Source: Eledone cirrhosa
Lineage: Eukaryota
Direction of reading: 5' to 3'
DNA: 64,000 bases
NCBI GenBank assembly: GCA_964016885.1
Contig: OZ024740.1
Span: forward strand, 116,808,001 to 116,872,000
Positions 14,300-27,891 of the stretch are shown here, piece by piece. The position numbers and the translations under genes were made by a program. The stretch's first letter is position 1; each line of letters starts with the position of its first letter. The notes under the pieces are model-generated. The model saw only the letters and a list, made by a program, of their open reading frames with translations, did not search any database and was not told the origin of the DNA.

Positions 14300-14879
14300 T
14301 TTCTGAATTTGTTTAGCAAGATACTTTATCTGAAGACGTGTGTTGAAACCGATATTGTTATACTTTGGGAGGGTCATGTTGCCAATAAGAAACACACGCA
14401 CCAGTTGCTTTCACTCCAATTTATTATAAAGTAAATTATAAATTTATAAATTTATAAATTTCCGGTTGGTTGGTTGGTCCCACAACCGGATGGTTGTTCA
14501 TATATTGTCAAAGTTCTTTTGTCACACATTCCGTGACCTCTTCAGTGACTGGGGATTCTTTTCTTTGTTTTGTGCCTCTCCTTTGTTCTGCCCTACGCCA
14601 TCTTGTTTTTGTGTCTGTTGTGTGCTTAGTTTGCGTATGTGTTCCATCCGTGTGTCTGTGTGTGTTTTTATTTCTTTATTTATTTGTTTATTTACATGTT
14701 ACTGGTTGGTTGTTTGTTCTATGTGTGTGTGTGTTTTCATTTTGTCCGTTAATTGTAAGTTGCGATGTTGCTATTCCATTCATGTATTCTATTTAATTTG
14801 GTTGGAGCTCATTTCTATTTATTGCTTCTGTGATTTGTCTAAATATTGCGTCGTCTTTTCTGTGACCCTGCCAAAGTAT

Positions 14880-15070
<191 letters not shown>

Positions 15071-15082
15071 CATACATATAAC

Positions 15083-15870
15083 TCAGAGCAGGAGAGTTAA
15101 GGCGAAAAAGATATCGGATGCTGAATTTGCCGACAACATAGTTTTTGTGACAGATACAGTGAAGGAGGCAGATGATTTGATGCAGGAAGTTGAGACTGTG
15201 TCGATGAGTGTGGGGCTGAGAATGAATGCGACTAAGACAAAATGTCTGGTAGAGAAGGTTGAGAAGCCAGAGGGGATTACTAATGTAGGCGGGAAGCCGC
15301 TGGAAATAGTTGAGGACTTCCTGTGTTTGGGAGCAAAGTTTGGGAATACGGAAATGATGTGGATGAGAGGAAGAACAAAGACTGGGCGGCGTGCCACAGT
15401 TTGAGATCGGTGTGGAAATCGGACCTTCGTGTAGACCTGAAGATCCGCCTCTTCATTGCTGTAGTAGAGTCTGTGCTGCTGTACGGATCTGCGACTTGGA
15501 CACTGACCAAGAAACTCACTCAGATGGTGGATGGGTGCTACACGAGAATGCTGAGGATGGCTCTGAACATTAATCAGTATACACTGAGGATGAAGAACTC
15601 AGAGCTGTATGGGAGCCTCCCAAAAGTCAGCTCAAAAGTACACAGAGACTGAGGTTAACTGGACATGCTCACTGACATCCAGAGTTGACACTGCACTCAA
15701 TGCTCCTGTGGGATCCCCTGCATGGACACACTGGAAGAGGAAGACCAAGGTTAACGTATGTTGTTGCCCTAAGGACAGACACTGGTCTGTTGGAGACGCA
15801 GGCAGGACATGGCAACGATAATGAGGGACAGAGACCGCTGGAGAGAACTCGTCCATGGATATCGGGAATT
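15083..15870 (+). mobile_element. RTE-clade LINE 3' fragment (RT C-terminus, frameshifted)
   Basis: [11 protein letters not shown] (FADD-like), [51 protein letters not shown] spread over several frames. Confidence 0.85.
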
Positions 15871-15877
15871 TTACCCG

Positions 15878-15888
<11 letters not shown>

Positions 15889-15912
<24 letters not shown>

Positions 15913-16950
15913 TATTATAAAGCTGACGGCTGTATGTAACAAACTTTTCGTAAAATGGCTGGACCAAAAAGCACCAAATTTGCACCATAGATGTAACTTT
16001 TTCCAAGTAAGAAAGTGAGGTTATTTTTGTCTTCTAAATTTCGTTAAAAGATTAAAGATATTTTATCGTTTATTTAAATATTCACTTCTTTAAAATTTTC
16101 AAATGTCAACACTTCCGGTTATACGACATTCCTCTATCTTTCTTCGTCTGTCTTTTTAGATAGATACATAGCTATAACGTTGCGCCCTTATAATATGTCT
16201 CTGTATGTCTGGCTCTCTGCATTAGATACATAGCTATAACGTCACACGTTTATAATAACTGTCTGTCTGGCTGCCTGTCTGCATTAACTTCGCTTCTAAC
16301 CAACTTTTAATTAATTCAGTGCAAAGATACCGCACGCCCTGCAACGGTTTTCGAAATATTTACTTCTGCGTTCACAGATTGATTTTTTTTTAGTTTCAGA
16401 AGATCCCGTTAAGGGTGAAAGCAGCGATTCTTTGCTTAAACTTTAATCTGTTATTTTAATATATATATAATTATATATTCGTGTACAGATATTTTGCATA
16501 CACAAAAACAGAATATAAACAAACGTATTTATTTCACGAAAGCACAGACGGCTTGCCGTCATTGTTACTGCCGATATGGCACCCAAAATGTTCCAGCCTG
16601 GCCACAAGATCAGATTTTCCAGAAGAAAAATGTTATTAGAGCAAGAGAGAGACTAAGCTTCGCGATTACCATCAACAAAGCTCAGGGTCAAACCCTAAAA
16701 GTGGCTGGCCTTCATCTGGGAAAACCATGCTTCACCCATGGTCAATTGTATGTAGGATGCTCTAGGGTTAGCTCGCCAAACAATCTCTTCATCTTTGCTC
16801 CCGAGGGCCAAACAAAACATATTGTATACTCTGAGGCTCTAACAATATAATTTATGCATTTTCTGTTATTTGGAATTTTCATTATGGTTTTACAAATTAT
16901 TGTAAATTTTGTTAAAATATTTGTTTTCTGTTCAGCCTTTATTGTAACTA
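15889..16950 (+). mobile_element. Internally deleted Helitron remnant
   Basis: Helitron-like 5' end TC(TA)n..ATTATAAAGCTGA. PIF1 C-terminal motifs FAITINKAQGQT and FTHGQLYVGCSRV at 16650-16850. No 3' CTAG end identified. Confidence 0.65.
16392..16442 (+). ncRNA. Hammerhead-like motif with variant core CAGAAGA
   Basis: agttt-CAGAAGA-tcccgttaagggt-GAAAGCA-gcgattctt-TGCT-T-aaact. Stems I (5 bp), II and III (4 bp) all pair; same family as 13231-13379. Confidence 0.6.
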
Positions 16951-17023
16951 TCAATGTTCTTTAACGTACTGGCTGCTGAACTGGGGAATCCTAAAAACTA
17001 TTCAAACCTAACATCAGAGCACG

Positions 17024-17500
17024 TTAACCCACCCCCCTCCTCGCTGACTTGAGAGGGCGTGTTGGGTGGTTCAGCTCCTCAATATTGTACATCTGCTTGG
17101 GTTTGTCTGATGTAACGAGTTTTTGGGATTCACCCATTGCTATTCTATATTGGGCTGATGTGTGGCCACATTCTCTTCTGATTCTATGTTTTTCAGATAT
17201 TGCTTTCTTTGTTTGTAGTGACATCCATTGTGGGATGGAAAGGCTTTCCTTAAGTAAAAAATCTCTTCAGATTCTTCTTTTATGCCTCTTCAGATAGTAT
17301 CATAAATCTTGTCAGAGTCTTCATCAGATTGCAAAGCTGAAAAGCGGTTTTGCAACTCGAGTTTGAATCGTCTTGCTGTTTCGTTACACGAGAGTTTGTC
17401 TAAGTTAACTTTCGATGGTATTTTAGTTCTTTGTGGCCAAACAAAGTTGATGCGAAATCTCGTGCGCACCATACTATGGTCAAAAATATCAGGAGAGTTA
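17024..17500 (-). mobile_element. RTE-type LINE fragment (end of APE domain and linker)
   Basis: DHSMVRTRFRI...FKLELQNRFSALQ, followed by a degenerate basic linker. Confidence 0.65.
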
Positions 17501-18554
17501 AGAGCAGTGCTGTCTAAGAAGAGACTATATATATATATATATACACACATGATATGCACGCACACACACACACACACACACACGTATATATACATAACAC
17601 CAATATGTCTAAATACCAACGTGTGTACAAATGTATATAGATATTTATAAAATAGAACTGACTTACATATACGCTTCTGAGATTACGATAAGATGAGTAG
17701 TATTCTCTCTTTCAAAATTCGTTTGAAATCTACTGAAGAACATGATGTTAGTTGAAACACACGTGTATAAATAATTCGTTCTGTTGACTGGAGGAATGGA
17801 CAGGCAGTTAAAAGAAAATCCCAAAGAACGAAAAGAATAAAGATGAATAACATTTTTACTGTCGATATCCAGCCCAAGTCATCCACGACTGAGCAGACCT
17901 TCCATCATAGACGTTCTAGTCACGACCATCCGACACTTTTCTCGAGTATATTCATATTAGGACTACATAATCCAATACATCTCTCCATTAAAATCAGCGG
18001 AAAGGAGGATAGGGATTTGAATGATATTTGGCAGCTGTATCTAGCAGATCGAGCGACCAAGTAGAATCCATATTGTTATCTCGAAATGAGTGAAGTTGGT
18101 CTGAGTATAGGTATGCAAACTGGATTTCAATGCCTAGACTAGCCATTTCATGCTTGGTGACGGCATTTTATTGCTAATTTAATGCATATAACCTATATTG
18201 CTGTGATACATGTTTAGGTTTCATAATTTTTGTACCCAACGGTGGAGGCTGCGAAAATTAGATATGTTTAAGAACCTCTCAGTGGGAGAATGCTTTATGA
18301 AGGGAAAAGAATATCACACATATTCAAATTACTAGAGTGCACAACTTATAGAACAATGGCTTGCACGTGTCAACACTACCAGTAAATTAAAACAACCATA
18401 TGTGTAAGCATGTCTGTGTGGTTAAGGAGTTCACACCGCGACCCATGGTTCTGGGTTCAGGTTCGCTGTGGAACAGCTTCAGCAAGTATCTCAGGCTGAC
18501 CAATGCTGCCTTTAGAATGGAATTTGGTAGATGCAAATTTCAGAAAGCCATAGA

Positions 18555-18584
<30 letters not shown>

Positions 18585-18590
<6 letters not shown>

Positions 18591-18736
18591 TAATAAAAAC
18601 AATGAATAAAAACAAAGAAACAGTTCTTTATATTAAAAAATTCACCATTTTACGATCGTTTCTAGGCGTGAAATGATAAATTTTTTAATATAAGGAACGG
18701 TTTCTTTGTTTTTATTCATTGTTTTTATTAATTTAT
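18585..18736. repeat. Fold-back inverted repeat with an HHR 3' half at the turn
   Basis: ~65-bp arms. The centre on the minus strand reads GAAAC-gatc-GTA (18651-18662); left arm abuts (TA)n. Confidence 0.8.
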
Positions 18737-18844
18737 CTTGACTCTGTTCTCCTGTGATTTTCATCGAAAAAATTTTGAATACATCTCTTTTCATGATATT
18801 TGGATTACATTGAGTTCTTCATACGGATTGGACACATTTTGGTA

Positions 18845-18999
<155 letters not shown>

Positions 19000-19127
19000 A
19001 AAGTTATATTTAAAATTGTTGGGTTACAACTAGTAAATATTTATAACTGATATAAAAGCACTCGACAAATATTTGGAGTATATTTACAATATTAAATAAA
19101 TGGAAACTATATTTATAAAACCATATT

Positions 19128-19193
19128 TATTTCATTATATATATTTCGGGGATATCATATTAACAATATGCTATGCCTTCCTCAGACAAAATA
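19128..19193 (-). ncRNA. Type I hammerhead ribozyme motif
   Basis: tattttgt-CTGAGGA-aggcatagcatattgttaatatgatatcccc-GAAA-tatata-TA-atgaaata. 8-bp stem I (2 GU pairs) and palindromic loop III. Confidence 0.7.
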
Positions 19194-20164
19194 CAATATA
19201 AACAGTTTTATAGATAAATAGATTCGACATACCGTTATAACACCGACTTCCATTTGAAGAGGTTTAGGCTGGCAGTATATATATATATATGTATTATATA
19301 TATATATAAAATGTAGGAATAATCTAAGAAATTGGAGTAAAGTACCCTTATAGAGGAAACAAAGTGGCCAGTGGCCGCTACGAATCCTATCTCTCAGATA
19401 CCGGTTGCATGTTCTAACCATTGGGCTAACGAGGCTTAGACAAGAACCAGGTCTAACTTAGAAAGCAGGATATGTAGTGAAGTATAGTAAGGCATAGAAA
19501 GATAATGGGGCACATTAGTACACGTACTTAGGTGTCCATTTCCAGTTACATAATACACACATACATATATATATAAGTAAACATGTGTGTGTATATATAT
19601 ATACATACATATATATATATATACAGTATATATATATATATGAATAAAGTTAGTCCTTCATCAGTGATCTTCCAACCATCATTGGTATTTCATCGCTTTA
19701 AAGACCATATACCTCCGGTTAGTGCGAGCAACGGCTAAAAAAAGTCGTTGGGACACGTAAATAAAGGGGACACGAGAGTGTAAACAAACAAAGATGGTGA
19801 AGCAACGGAAAGTGAGGAAGAATGAGTCAAGTCCCAAATTTCCATGAATATAAGTTCGGTGAAATCGTGAACGAGAGAGAATAAAGACCATCAAACCTGG
19901 TTGGAATGTGAGCAAGGAAGGAATTCCGTACAGGTCTAACGGGAGGAAGGAATCTAGTCTGTGAATTCGGTGAACATAAGTTCTGTGAAATCGTAGAAGA
20001 GAGAGAGAAAAAAGGCGAACCAGCCTGACCAAGCGTGCGAAAGAAAAGAATTACGCACAGGTCAAACGGGAAGAAGGAGGAGGAGGAGGAGAGGTAGTAA
20101 CAGAGAGTGAGTGAGTGAAGGGTGAGGAAGAGGCTAACAGATATATATATATATATATATATAT

Positions 20165-20270
20165 AATTGTTTCTTCTTTTGGCACAAGGCCAGCAATTAC
20201 ACTGTACATTACTGGTACTTTATTTTATCGACCCCGTAAGGATGAAAGGCAAAGTTAACTTCGGCGGGAT
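20165..20270 (-). mobile_element. SINE family S, 5'-truncated
   Basis: Matches the 3' half of 23968-24160 in reverse orientation. Confidence 0.8.
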
Positions 20271-20741
20271 TATATATATATATATAATGCTCAGCTTTTA
20301 TACTTTGAGCTTATTAATTACATTAATATGAGTATTTTTATTTGAATTCAGCTCCTTGTTTGTTGATCTTACAAGTTGAGTGGATTTAGGCTGCCATTTC
20401 TAGCCGTTTTACAATCCATTCACGCCACTTTAAACTATCTGTCGCACGAGGTATTTCATTCCCTCGTGTGATATTTAGTTACCTAAATTATCTCTAGGTG
20501 TTTGTCGCATATAATCCTAACTCCTGTTGAGAAGCCACAGGATTTTCTTTTACAAACACCACAAACTTTACAGACTACATCTGGAGTTTGTCCAGGAGTT
20601 TAATAGTTATTGAAACGGTTAGTACATTTTAATTCAATATTTGTTTCTGGTTATTATGTATTTTCCGTTTGTTTCATAGATTATATTCTTCATACCAAGG
20701 TGGTTTTCAGCCCTAGAATTTTAAACACATTTTTCTGTGTT

Positions 20742-21139
<398 letters not shown>

Positions 21140-21302
21140 ACATATGTTATTGATGGACGTGAGAATGGGTACTCAATACCATTTAGAGTTTACATATTTT
21201 TGATCATGGCTGAGTGGGGAGATTTGTTACTATGGAGTTTCACCACTCAGCCATATTAATGAATACATGTATGTATGAATGTATGTACGTATGTTGGAAT
21301 GT

Positions 21303-21913
21303 TGTATCAGGTCACCAGTTGGTGCTACTGGTAACATGTATCCCAGTACAACCTGTCTCATGGTCGGGACGTTGGCGACTAAACTGGCAACCCCACCAAG
21401 GTTTCTTGGTGAGGAGGGTGACTTTGGACATCCTGCAGGACTAAAAACAAAACCTGTCAAAGGGCAAAGGAGCTCTTAAGAGTCAATGGCCATCCAAAAT
21501 CACCGGGAGAGATGACCCCTTAGCCTTTGTCAAGGCAGAATTCTAGGAGAAGGAAAACTCTGATATAACACCTGCAAACCTGATGGTATCCAATGATGTT
21601 GACTTGTTCTTCTTTGTGGTAAATATCATCTTGGTTAAGAGAGTGGGACTGGCTTTGTGCAGTGCCTTTGCTCACTATAAAAGCTTCACGGCACAGGCAT
21701 TGCTTTATATCTGGAGATCTCTCTGCACTTGTCCTCACATGGTACCATGGGCCCAGCACTATGTGTCAATAATTGTCACAAGTGTAGTATTTGTACCAGA
21801 GTTTTCAATACGCTGGCTGGACTAAAAAGTCACACTCGTTCAGCGCATCGGTAGGCGTTCTCCTACATGGATATAAAGTAGTGGCCGTACTCGAAAACGA
21901 GTTGGCAGCCACC
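21303..21913 (+). mobile_element. Apparently full-length family X non-autonomous retroelement with 12-bp TSD
   Basis: ATGTTGGAATGT at both 21291-21302 and 21914-21925. Near-identical to 31169-31744; 3' hairpin GTGGC..CTCGAAAACGAG..GCCAC. Confidence 0.8.
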
Positions 21914-21952
21914 ATGTTGGAATGTATAATGTAATATTATATACATCATGTG

Positions 21953-21986
<34 letters not shown>

Positions 21987-22021
21987 CGTATATTGTATAT
22001 TACATATGTTAGGTGTGTGTA

Positions 22022-22053
<32 letters not shown>

Positions 22054-22221
22054 CGTATCTGCGTTATATATTATGCAGCGGACCACACATTTAGAGCAGT
22101 GTAGAGACTTACAACCCACACTTACTTTATATAAGTACCTGTCAAGTGGTAGTGTCGATTTATTGTGTCCTTCGCCATCAAATGTGTGGTATAGGGCCTA
22201 ATTCAAAACACACACACCACA

Positions 22222-22299
<78 letters not shown>

Positions 22300-22336
22300 C
22301 CCCCACACACACATATAGGGGTGCGTGCATACATAC

Positions 22337-22384
<48 letters not shown>

Positions 22385-22524
22385 CTACATACACACACAC
22401 ACATTTTTACGTGATCGTGCAATTGTAAGAATACAACACTTAGTGATTATGTATATAATTACTTTTTGTGTATATGTATGTATGTATGTATATATGTATA
22501 TATGTATGTATATATGTATGTATG

Positions 22525-23960
22525 TTCTTCTGGTTTTATAATTTCACAAATTTTTTCCCAATAGAGAGAGAGTCGGTTTCTAACATAGACACAAGACTCT
22601 CTCATTGGAATTTACACAACATCAACTAGGTAGATATGTATGCTTGTCTGCATGTGTAGATATGGATGTTATTGTTTGTGTGGATGTGTATGTTTTGAGT
22701 TGTATGTGTGCATGTGTATATGCTTTGTATCTGTACATGCGTATATGCAGTTATTAGATGCAAAAGTTTTGGAATGCTTTACATATTTTTACTGTTCCAT
22801 TAATGGATTGTACTTGTAATTTCCTAACTAGTTGTGTTCTTTCTCTATCTCTGAAGCCCAGCTTTTATGAGGCATAAATCTGAAGGTATAGTCAGGGTGG
22901 AGTATCTGCAGATTTCCTATTTCCTATTAGTTCTGCATAGATATTCTCCTTTATACTGATCTTTTTACGGGTCCGTAGTTTTTTGCCAAGTGGGTGTCTT
23001 TCTTCTTGGGGACCAGTATTATTCGTGTTAAGGTAAACCATTCTGGTATATGTGTATCTCCCTTGAGAGTTTGTTGGTAGAGGTCGATAAAGTTACATCC
23101 GATAGAATATTAGTTGTTTGTACCAGTAGCCGACAAACAAGTCTCTTACTGGTGTTTTCTTATGTTGGAGTTTTCCTGTCATAGCCTCAATTGTGTGCTC
23201 ATTTATTTCGTATCTTTTTGTTGTAGTGTAGGAGCAATAGTTCTTTTGGATTTCTTTTAGCCACACTGCATCTTTGTTGAAATTCTTCTTTTCACCCCAT
23301 ATTTTTCTCCAGAAAGAACCTATGTTTTTCTGGGATGGGGCCTCAGTGTCATTTATTACTTTGCCCGTCATTTATTAGTTTGGCTTCGTCTGAAACTTTT
23401 ATTAAGTACTTTTCGTTCATCTACTCTCTTCAGGTATCGAAGTTTCCCGCTGACAGCTTTCAAATCTTGTTTAAGGGTGATCAGTTTATATTGAAGAGTT
23501 CGGATTGTACTGTTACCAAACATCGTTTCTATTTTATTTTTCCCTCTTTATTGGCGAGGAGTGAAGTTTTTTTTCGTTTTTGTTTGCATGTAAGGAGCAT
23601 TATCACATATCCTATAGTTTTTCATAGGTCAGCAATCTTCTTTTCTATTTTAGTTATATATGATGGCATATTTGGTGGTGTTTTGTTCTTGTTAATATCT
23701 CCGTTATCACGAAGATAATGCTTCACTGTCGTTGCTAGGGCATATAAACAGGCGTTGATTTGCCAAAATGTGGGGGTTTTAATTCTTCGTAAATATTCAT
23801 CCCCTATTTCGTCAATAGCACGTAAGATTTCATTATTTGGTTTTATTTTATTTAGTATTATTGTTTTATTACGATTAGCAAGAGAAATGTTCATACGTGA
23901 ATTAATTTCTCTCTGGAAGATTTCGTTGAGGAAACATTTCAATTGTTTATACTTTTGATT
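22525..23960 (-). mobile_element. R4/Dong-like non-LTR retrotransposon, deleted (N-terminal region, RT start and 3' end)
   Basis: SFWRKIWGEKKNFN..WL; TPVRDLFVGYWYKQL; RLE-type C-terminus. 3' UTR shared with the copies at 30630 and 32722; abuts (TATG)n. Confidence 0.7.
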
Positions 23961-23967
23961 ATTATTG

Positions 23968-24160
23968 TGGATTGGCAGTATCGGTAGAGGGTCGGACGCC
24001 ATGCTTTGACGCATAGAGTTACGGCCCTTGCTATTCTGAGTTCAAATCCCGCCGAGGTTAACTTTGCCTTTCATCCTTACGGGGTCGATAAAATAAAGTA
24101 CCAGTAATGCACTGGGTAATTGCTGGCCTTGTGCCAAAAGTAGAAACAATTATTATTATT
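23968..24160 (+). mobile_element. SINE family S, near full length
   Basis: A box TGGCAGTATCGGTAGA, B box GAGTTCAAATCCC, core GCCTTTCATCCTTACGGGGTCGATAAAATAAAGTACCAG, (ATT)n tail. More than 12 copies in the window. Confidence 0.9.
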
Positions 24161-24919
24161 AATGTTGTTTTCCACAATAGTCGAGGCAGACTCAGATGGT
24201 ACACGTGGTGTCAAATTTCTTACCGGCATATTTGTTTCAAGGGACTGTTCGACTTGGCTGCTAGAAAGTCTAGTATACCGGCCAGTAGCACGTGGTGTTG
24301 ATTACATGTTTGTTCTGGGGGACTTATAATTAATAATATTTATCTTATTTTTACGTGCAACAAACGTCGCTTGTATGCGTAAATGTTTGGCTGTGAAGTT
24401 ATTTAGCTCTGAATATATTTCGTCCCAGTGTAGTTTCATTTTGTTCATATAGCCAACCGAGGGAATTTTTTCGCCATTTTATAACAATTAAATAAATCCT
24501 CATTAAGTTCGTAACTCCAAGAGAAATGGGATTTATAATTTCGGTTTCTTCTGTAGCGACAACTGAATACCGTTTACAACTGAATACCGTTCTTATTGAT
24601 TTTCTTCGGCAAATTGTTTTCGTTCCTTGTGTTCGGTAAATTGTTGTTGTTGATGTTGTGACCGGACATGCTGTTTGTAGCAAATCCTTGTAAAATGAAT
24701 TATGTGTTTAGTCGGATATCTTTACGAATTCGAATAAAAGGTGTCTTCAGTGGATATAGTTAGAAGAATAACCAGTTCAACACGACTGGTAGTTGTGACA
24801 TTACTGTCGGAGATAGTATTCACCTTAAATTTAATGTATGTATGTATGTATGTATGTATGTATGTATGTATGTATGTATGTATGTATGTATGTATGTATG
24901 CATGCATGTATGTATGTTT

Positions 24920-26500
24920 GAATGAATATGGCTAGCAAGTCGGTTTTTGTGTTGCAGTAAGTACTTGGCGAGGATTTCTTGTCCCTGAATTGCATGGAAG
25001 GATCCATGAAGGTGCAATGTTATGAATTTGTGTAAGATCTATATCAGATTTTTGCGTAGTTTATCCCTTATATGGTCAGCGTTTTTCATCTCAAGTACCA
25101 ATATTGAACCATCTTAGTTGACTGGTTTATTTTTTTCATTTTTCTTGAGCATTCTTCAATCTTCTTGTGAGAAGGACCTGTGTCAACCTTTATTTAATAT
25201 CTCTCCTCGAGTTCAATGGCTAGTCTAATAATATCGTTAATTTCATGCGCGCAAACCTGGGCGAGATTGTTGCTGATTGTTTTCTTCTGATGAAGATATT
25301 GCTTCAGTGTTACTATCCGGGATACGTGCGATGTTAATATGAATTTTAGGCCCCAGTCGCCCTCTTTACGTCGGAAATATAGCCTATCCACACCACCATT
25401 GATATTACATTTTCCGCGAACATTGAGCAGCTTGTTCTTGCAATGACCAGTTACGCAGGTGAAACTTTGGCATTAGAATTAGCACAGCAAAAGTATTACA
25501 AGGAATTAGCTTCTTGTAGGCTGAGAGTTCTGAACACAATATTCTCCTTACTATCTTGAGGTCTGCTCCTTATTAATGGGTTCATCATATTTGACAATTT
25601 CATCCTATACCTGTAGGGGTTCTATCAACAAGCAGTTCATATGTAGATTTTCAGAGAATTGGGTAATGAATTCGAATTGCTTTTTGATGTGGTTGAAGCA
25701 AAACGTACTAAGTCGTGATCAGGTGTTGGATAGCAGCTACTAGTGGTTGCGACATTAGCTAATTGTAATGCGCTGGTAATATATCCAGCAGTGGAGTTCA
25801 CTACCTAAAGACTTCTGGTAGTCCAACCACACTACAGTCAAGTTGATGCGTGTTTTCATTGCTTTTTTTTCCGGGTCAGTTTGTTAATTAGTAGCTGCTC
25901 TATACAGCCTTACACCCCAATCTTTCCTTCGGCTTGCTCAGGTGTTATGGGGTTATTGGTGGCAAACTGACTGCAGGAACGGATTGAGGTAACAAATGTA
26001 TAATTTGTACATGATGGCCTGGTAGGTTATTGGGCGGTAAATTTCAACATGGATAATCTGGCTATTTGGAGAAATGAGAAGAGTAATGGCAGATGATAGC
26101 CATTTGGGTAGTCCTTGCCTGTCCCTGATACTCTCTCCATAAAACATGGTCAAATATCGTCGATAACAGACAAGATTATTAAGCCAGTGTTATGAGGTCT
26201 GGGCCAGAGGATTTCTTGTTTGACACTTTCTGTAGAGCTACTTCCAATATTGCGTCGGCTATTTCACATTGCTTTTGTCCAAGACGTTTACATTAGCCTT
26301 GATCTAGTTCTACCCGAACAGTTTGCATGTTGAATTCGTCGTTTATTTCCCATACATGTTTCCAGTAGCTCTCAACCTGATATTCTGTAGGCTGTCTTTT
26401 ACAGAGATTGAACTGTTCGCGTTGAAGCTACGATATACCCATTTAGGATCTCTGGCAAATATCATACTCAGCATTTGCCGTAAATTTAAATTTTAGTTTC
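24920..26500 (-). mobile_element. R4/Dong-like RT pseudogene fragment
   Basis: LPKWLSSAITLLI..YRPITYQAIMYKL and DRLYFRRKEGDWGL; bounded by (TATG)n arrays. Confidence 0.7.
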
Positions 26501-26505
26501 CCTTC

Positions 26506-26537
<32 letters not shown>

Positions 26538-27727
26538 TGTATGTATGTATGTATGTATGTATGTATGTATGTATGTATGTATGTATGTATGTACATGTGT
26601 GAGTGTGTATGTATGTATGTATGTTTGTTTGTAAGTATGTATGTATTTATGTTTGTTTGTTTCTATGTGTGTGTATATATACATGTGTGTGTATGTATGT
26701 TTAGTGTATGATTGTTTGAATGTGCGTATGTGTGTGTATGTATATTTGTATGTACGTATGTTTGTAAATTTGTATCTATGCATGAATGTGTGTGTGTTTC
26801 TGGTTATGTCTACATGTAATTATGTTGCATTATAATCACTTTCTTCTGTAGACTAAAACGAAGAATAACGAACAAGTTGGATTAGTAAAGATTAAAAGGA
26901 TTAAAATTTACAGAACTAACAGCATCATATTTTTTTATTTTCTCCGAACAAAACTATATAAAATTGTAAAGATTTAGATTTTAGGAATGTTTCTCTTGGG
27001 AATAAAATAGAATAACTTTGGTGGTCCGTAGTAGTTGTGTAATGAACTTGTGACCTTATGCTCCAGGCGTTGAGTTTTTCTAGTTAAGACGTCACGAACA
27101 TATACTACTGGAGCCAAAATATAAATATAAATAAGCCGGAGGGCGGAAGTTAAATAGTCAATGGGTATAGAATGTCTTATTTAACGTTATGGAACTCCTG
27201 CTTTGCACTGTGTCAAGTGATTAAGAGGTAGAGGTGGCATAGGGTAAAATCGGTAAGAGCACCCGAAAAAAATTATTTTCTGTATGTAGTTTCGTCCATT
27301 TTCTCAATGGAAATCTCGCCAGAGTTAGTGTTTGCCTTTCATCAGCCAAAAGTCGATAAAACATGCACTAATAATAGTTTGAGGTTGATTCAATCGACTA
27401 TACCCTCTACCTACAACTATGTCACATTGTATGAAGTATCACTATTATTGCTACTGTTACGGCCTCCTTTTACGTTCTGAATTCAAATCCCACTGAGGTT
27501 AGCTTTGCATTTCATCCTTACGGGGTCAATAAAATAAATTACCAGTAACACTCAGAGGTCGATTTAATCGACTTTCCCTTCACCCAAAATTACTGGCTTT
27601 GTGTCTAAATCAGAAATCATTATTACTACTGTTATATTTATGATGATCGTTAAAGCGTCGGATAAAATTCTTTGCGATATTTGTTCCCACTCTTTCTTTA
27701 AGTTCTGAATTCAAATATCACCTATAT

Positions 27728-27891
27728 TAGGGTTTCCCAAACTTTTTCAAACGCGGAACCCTTTTTGGTTCTGAAACTTTTGGGGGTACCCTAAAGTCTA
27801 ATACTGTTATATGGTCGTAATATAAATATACTCCTCTATTTTTCATGGAACCCCAGACACTCCTTTGCGGAACCCACTTTGGGAACCGCTG
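27728..27891. mobile_element. hAT (Charlie-like) MITE with 8-bp TSD
   Basis: TIRs TAGGGTTTCCCAAAC / TTTGGGAACCGCTG; flanks ACCTATAT and ACCTAGAT. Confidence 0.85.

Noticed and set aside
19365-19436. tRNA-like sequence on the minus strand (also the SINE heads at 2987 and 23968)
   Set aside because: An A-box-like start is present but no complete cloverleaf or acceptor stem; treated as SINE-derived, not tRNA genes.
21340-21390. HDV-like ribozyme in the family X 5' end (CCAGT...CTAA-ACTGG)
   Set aside because: P2 and J4/2 look plausible, but P1, P3/L3 and P1.1 could not be built with canonical lengths.
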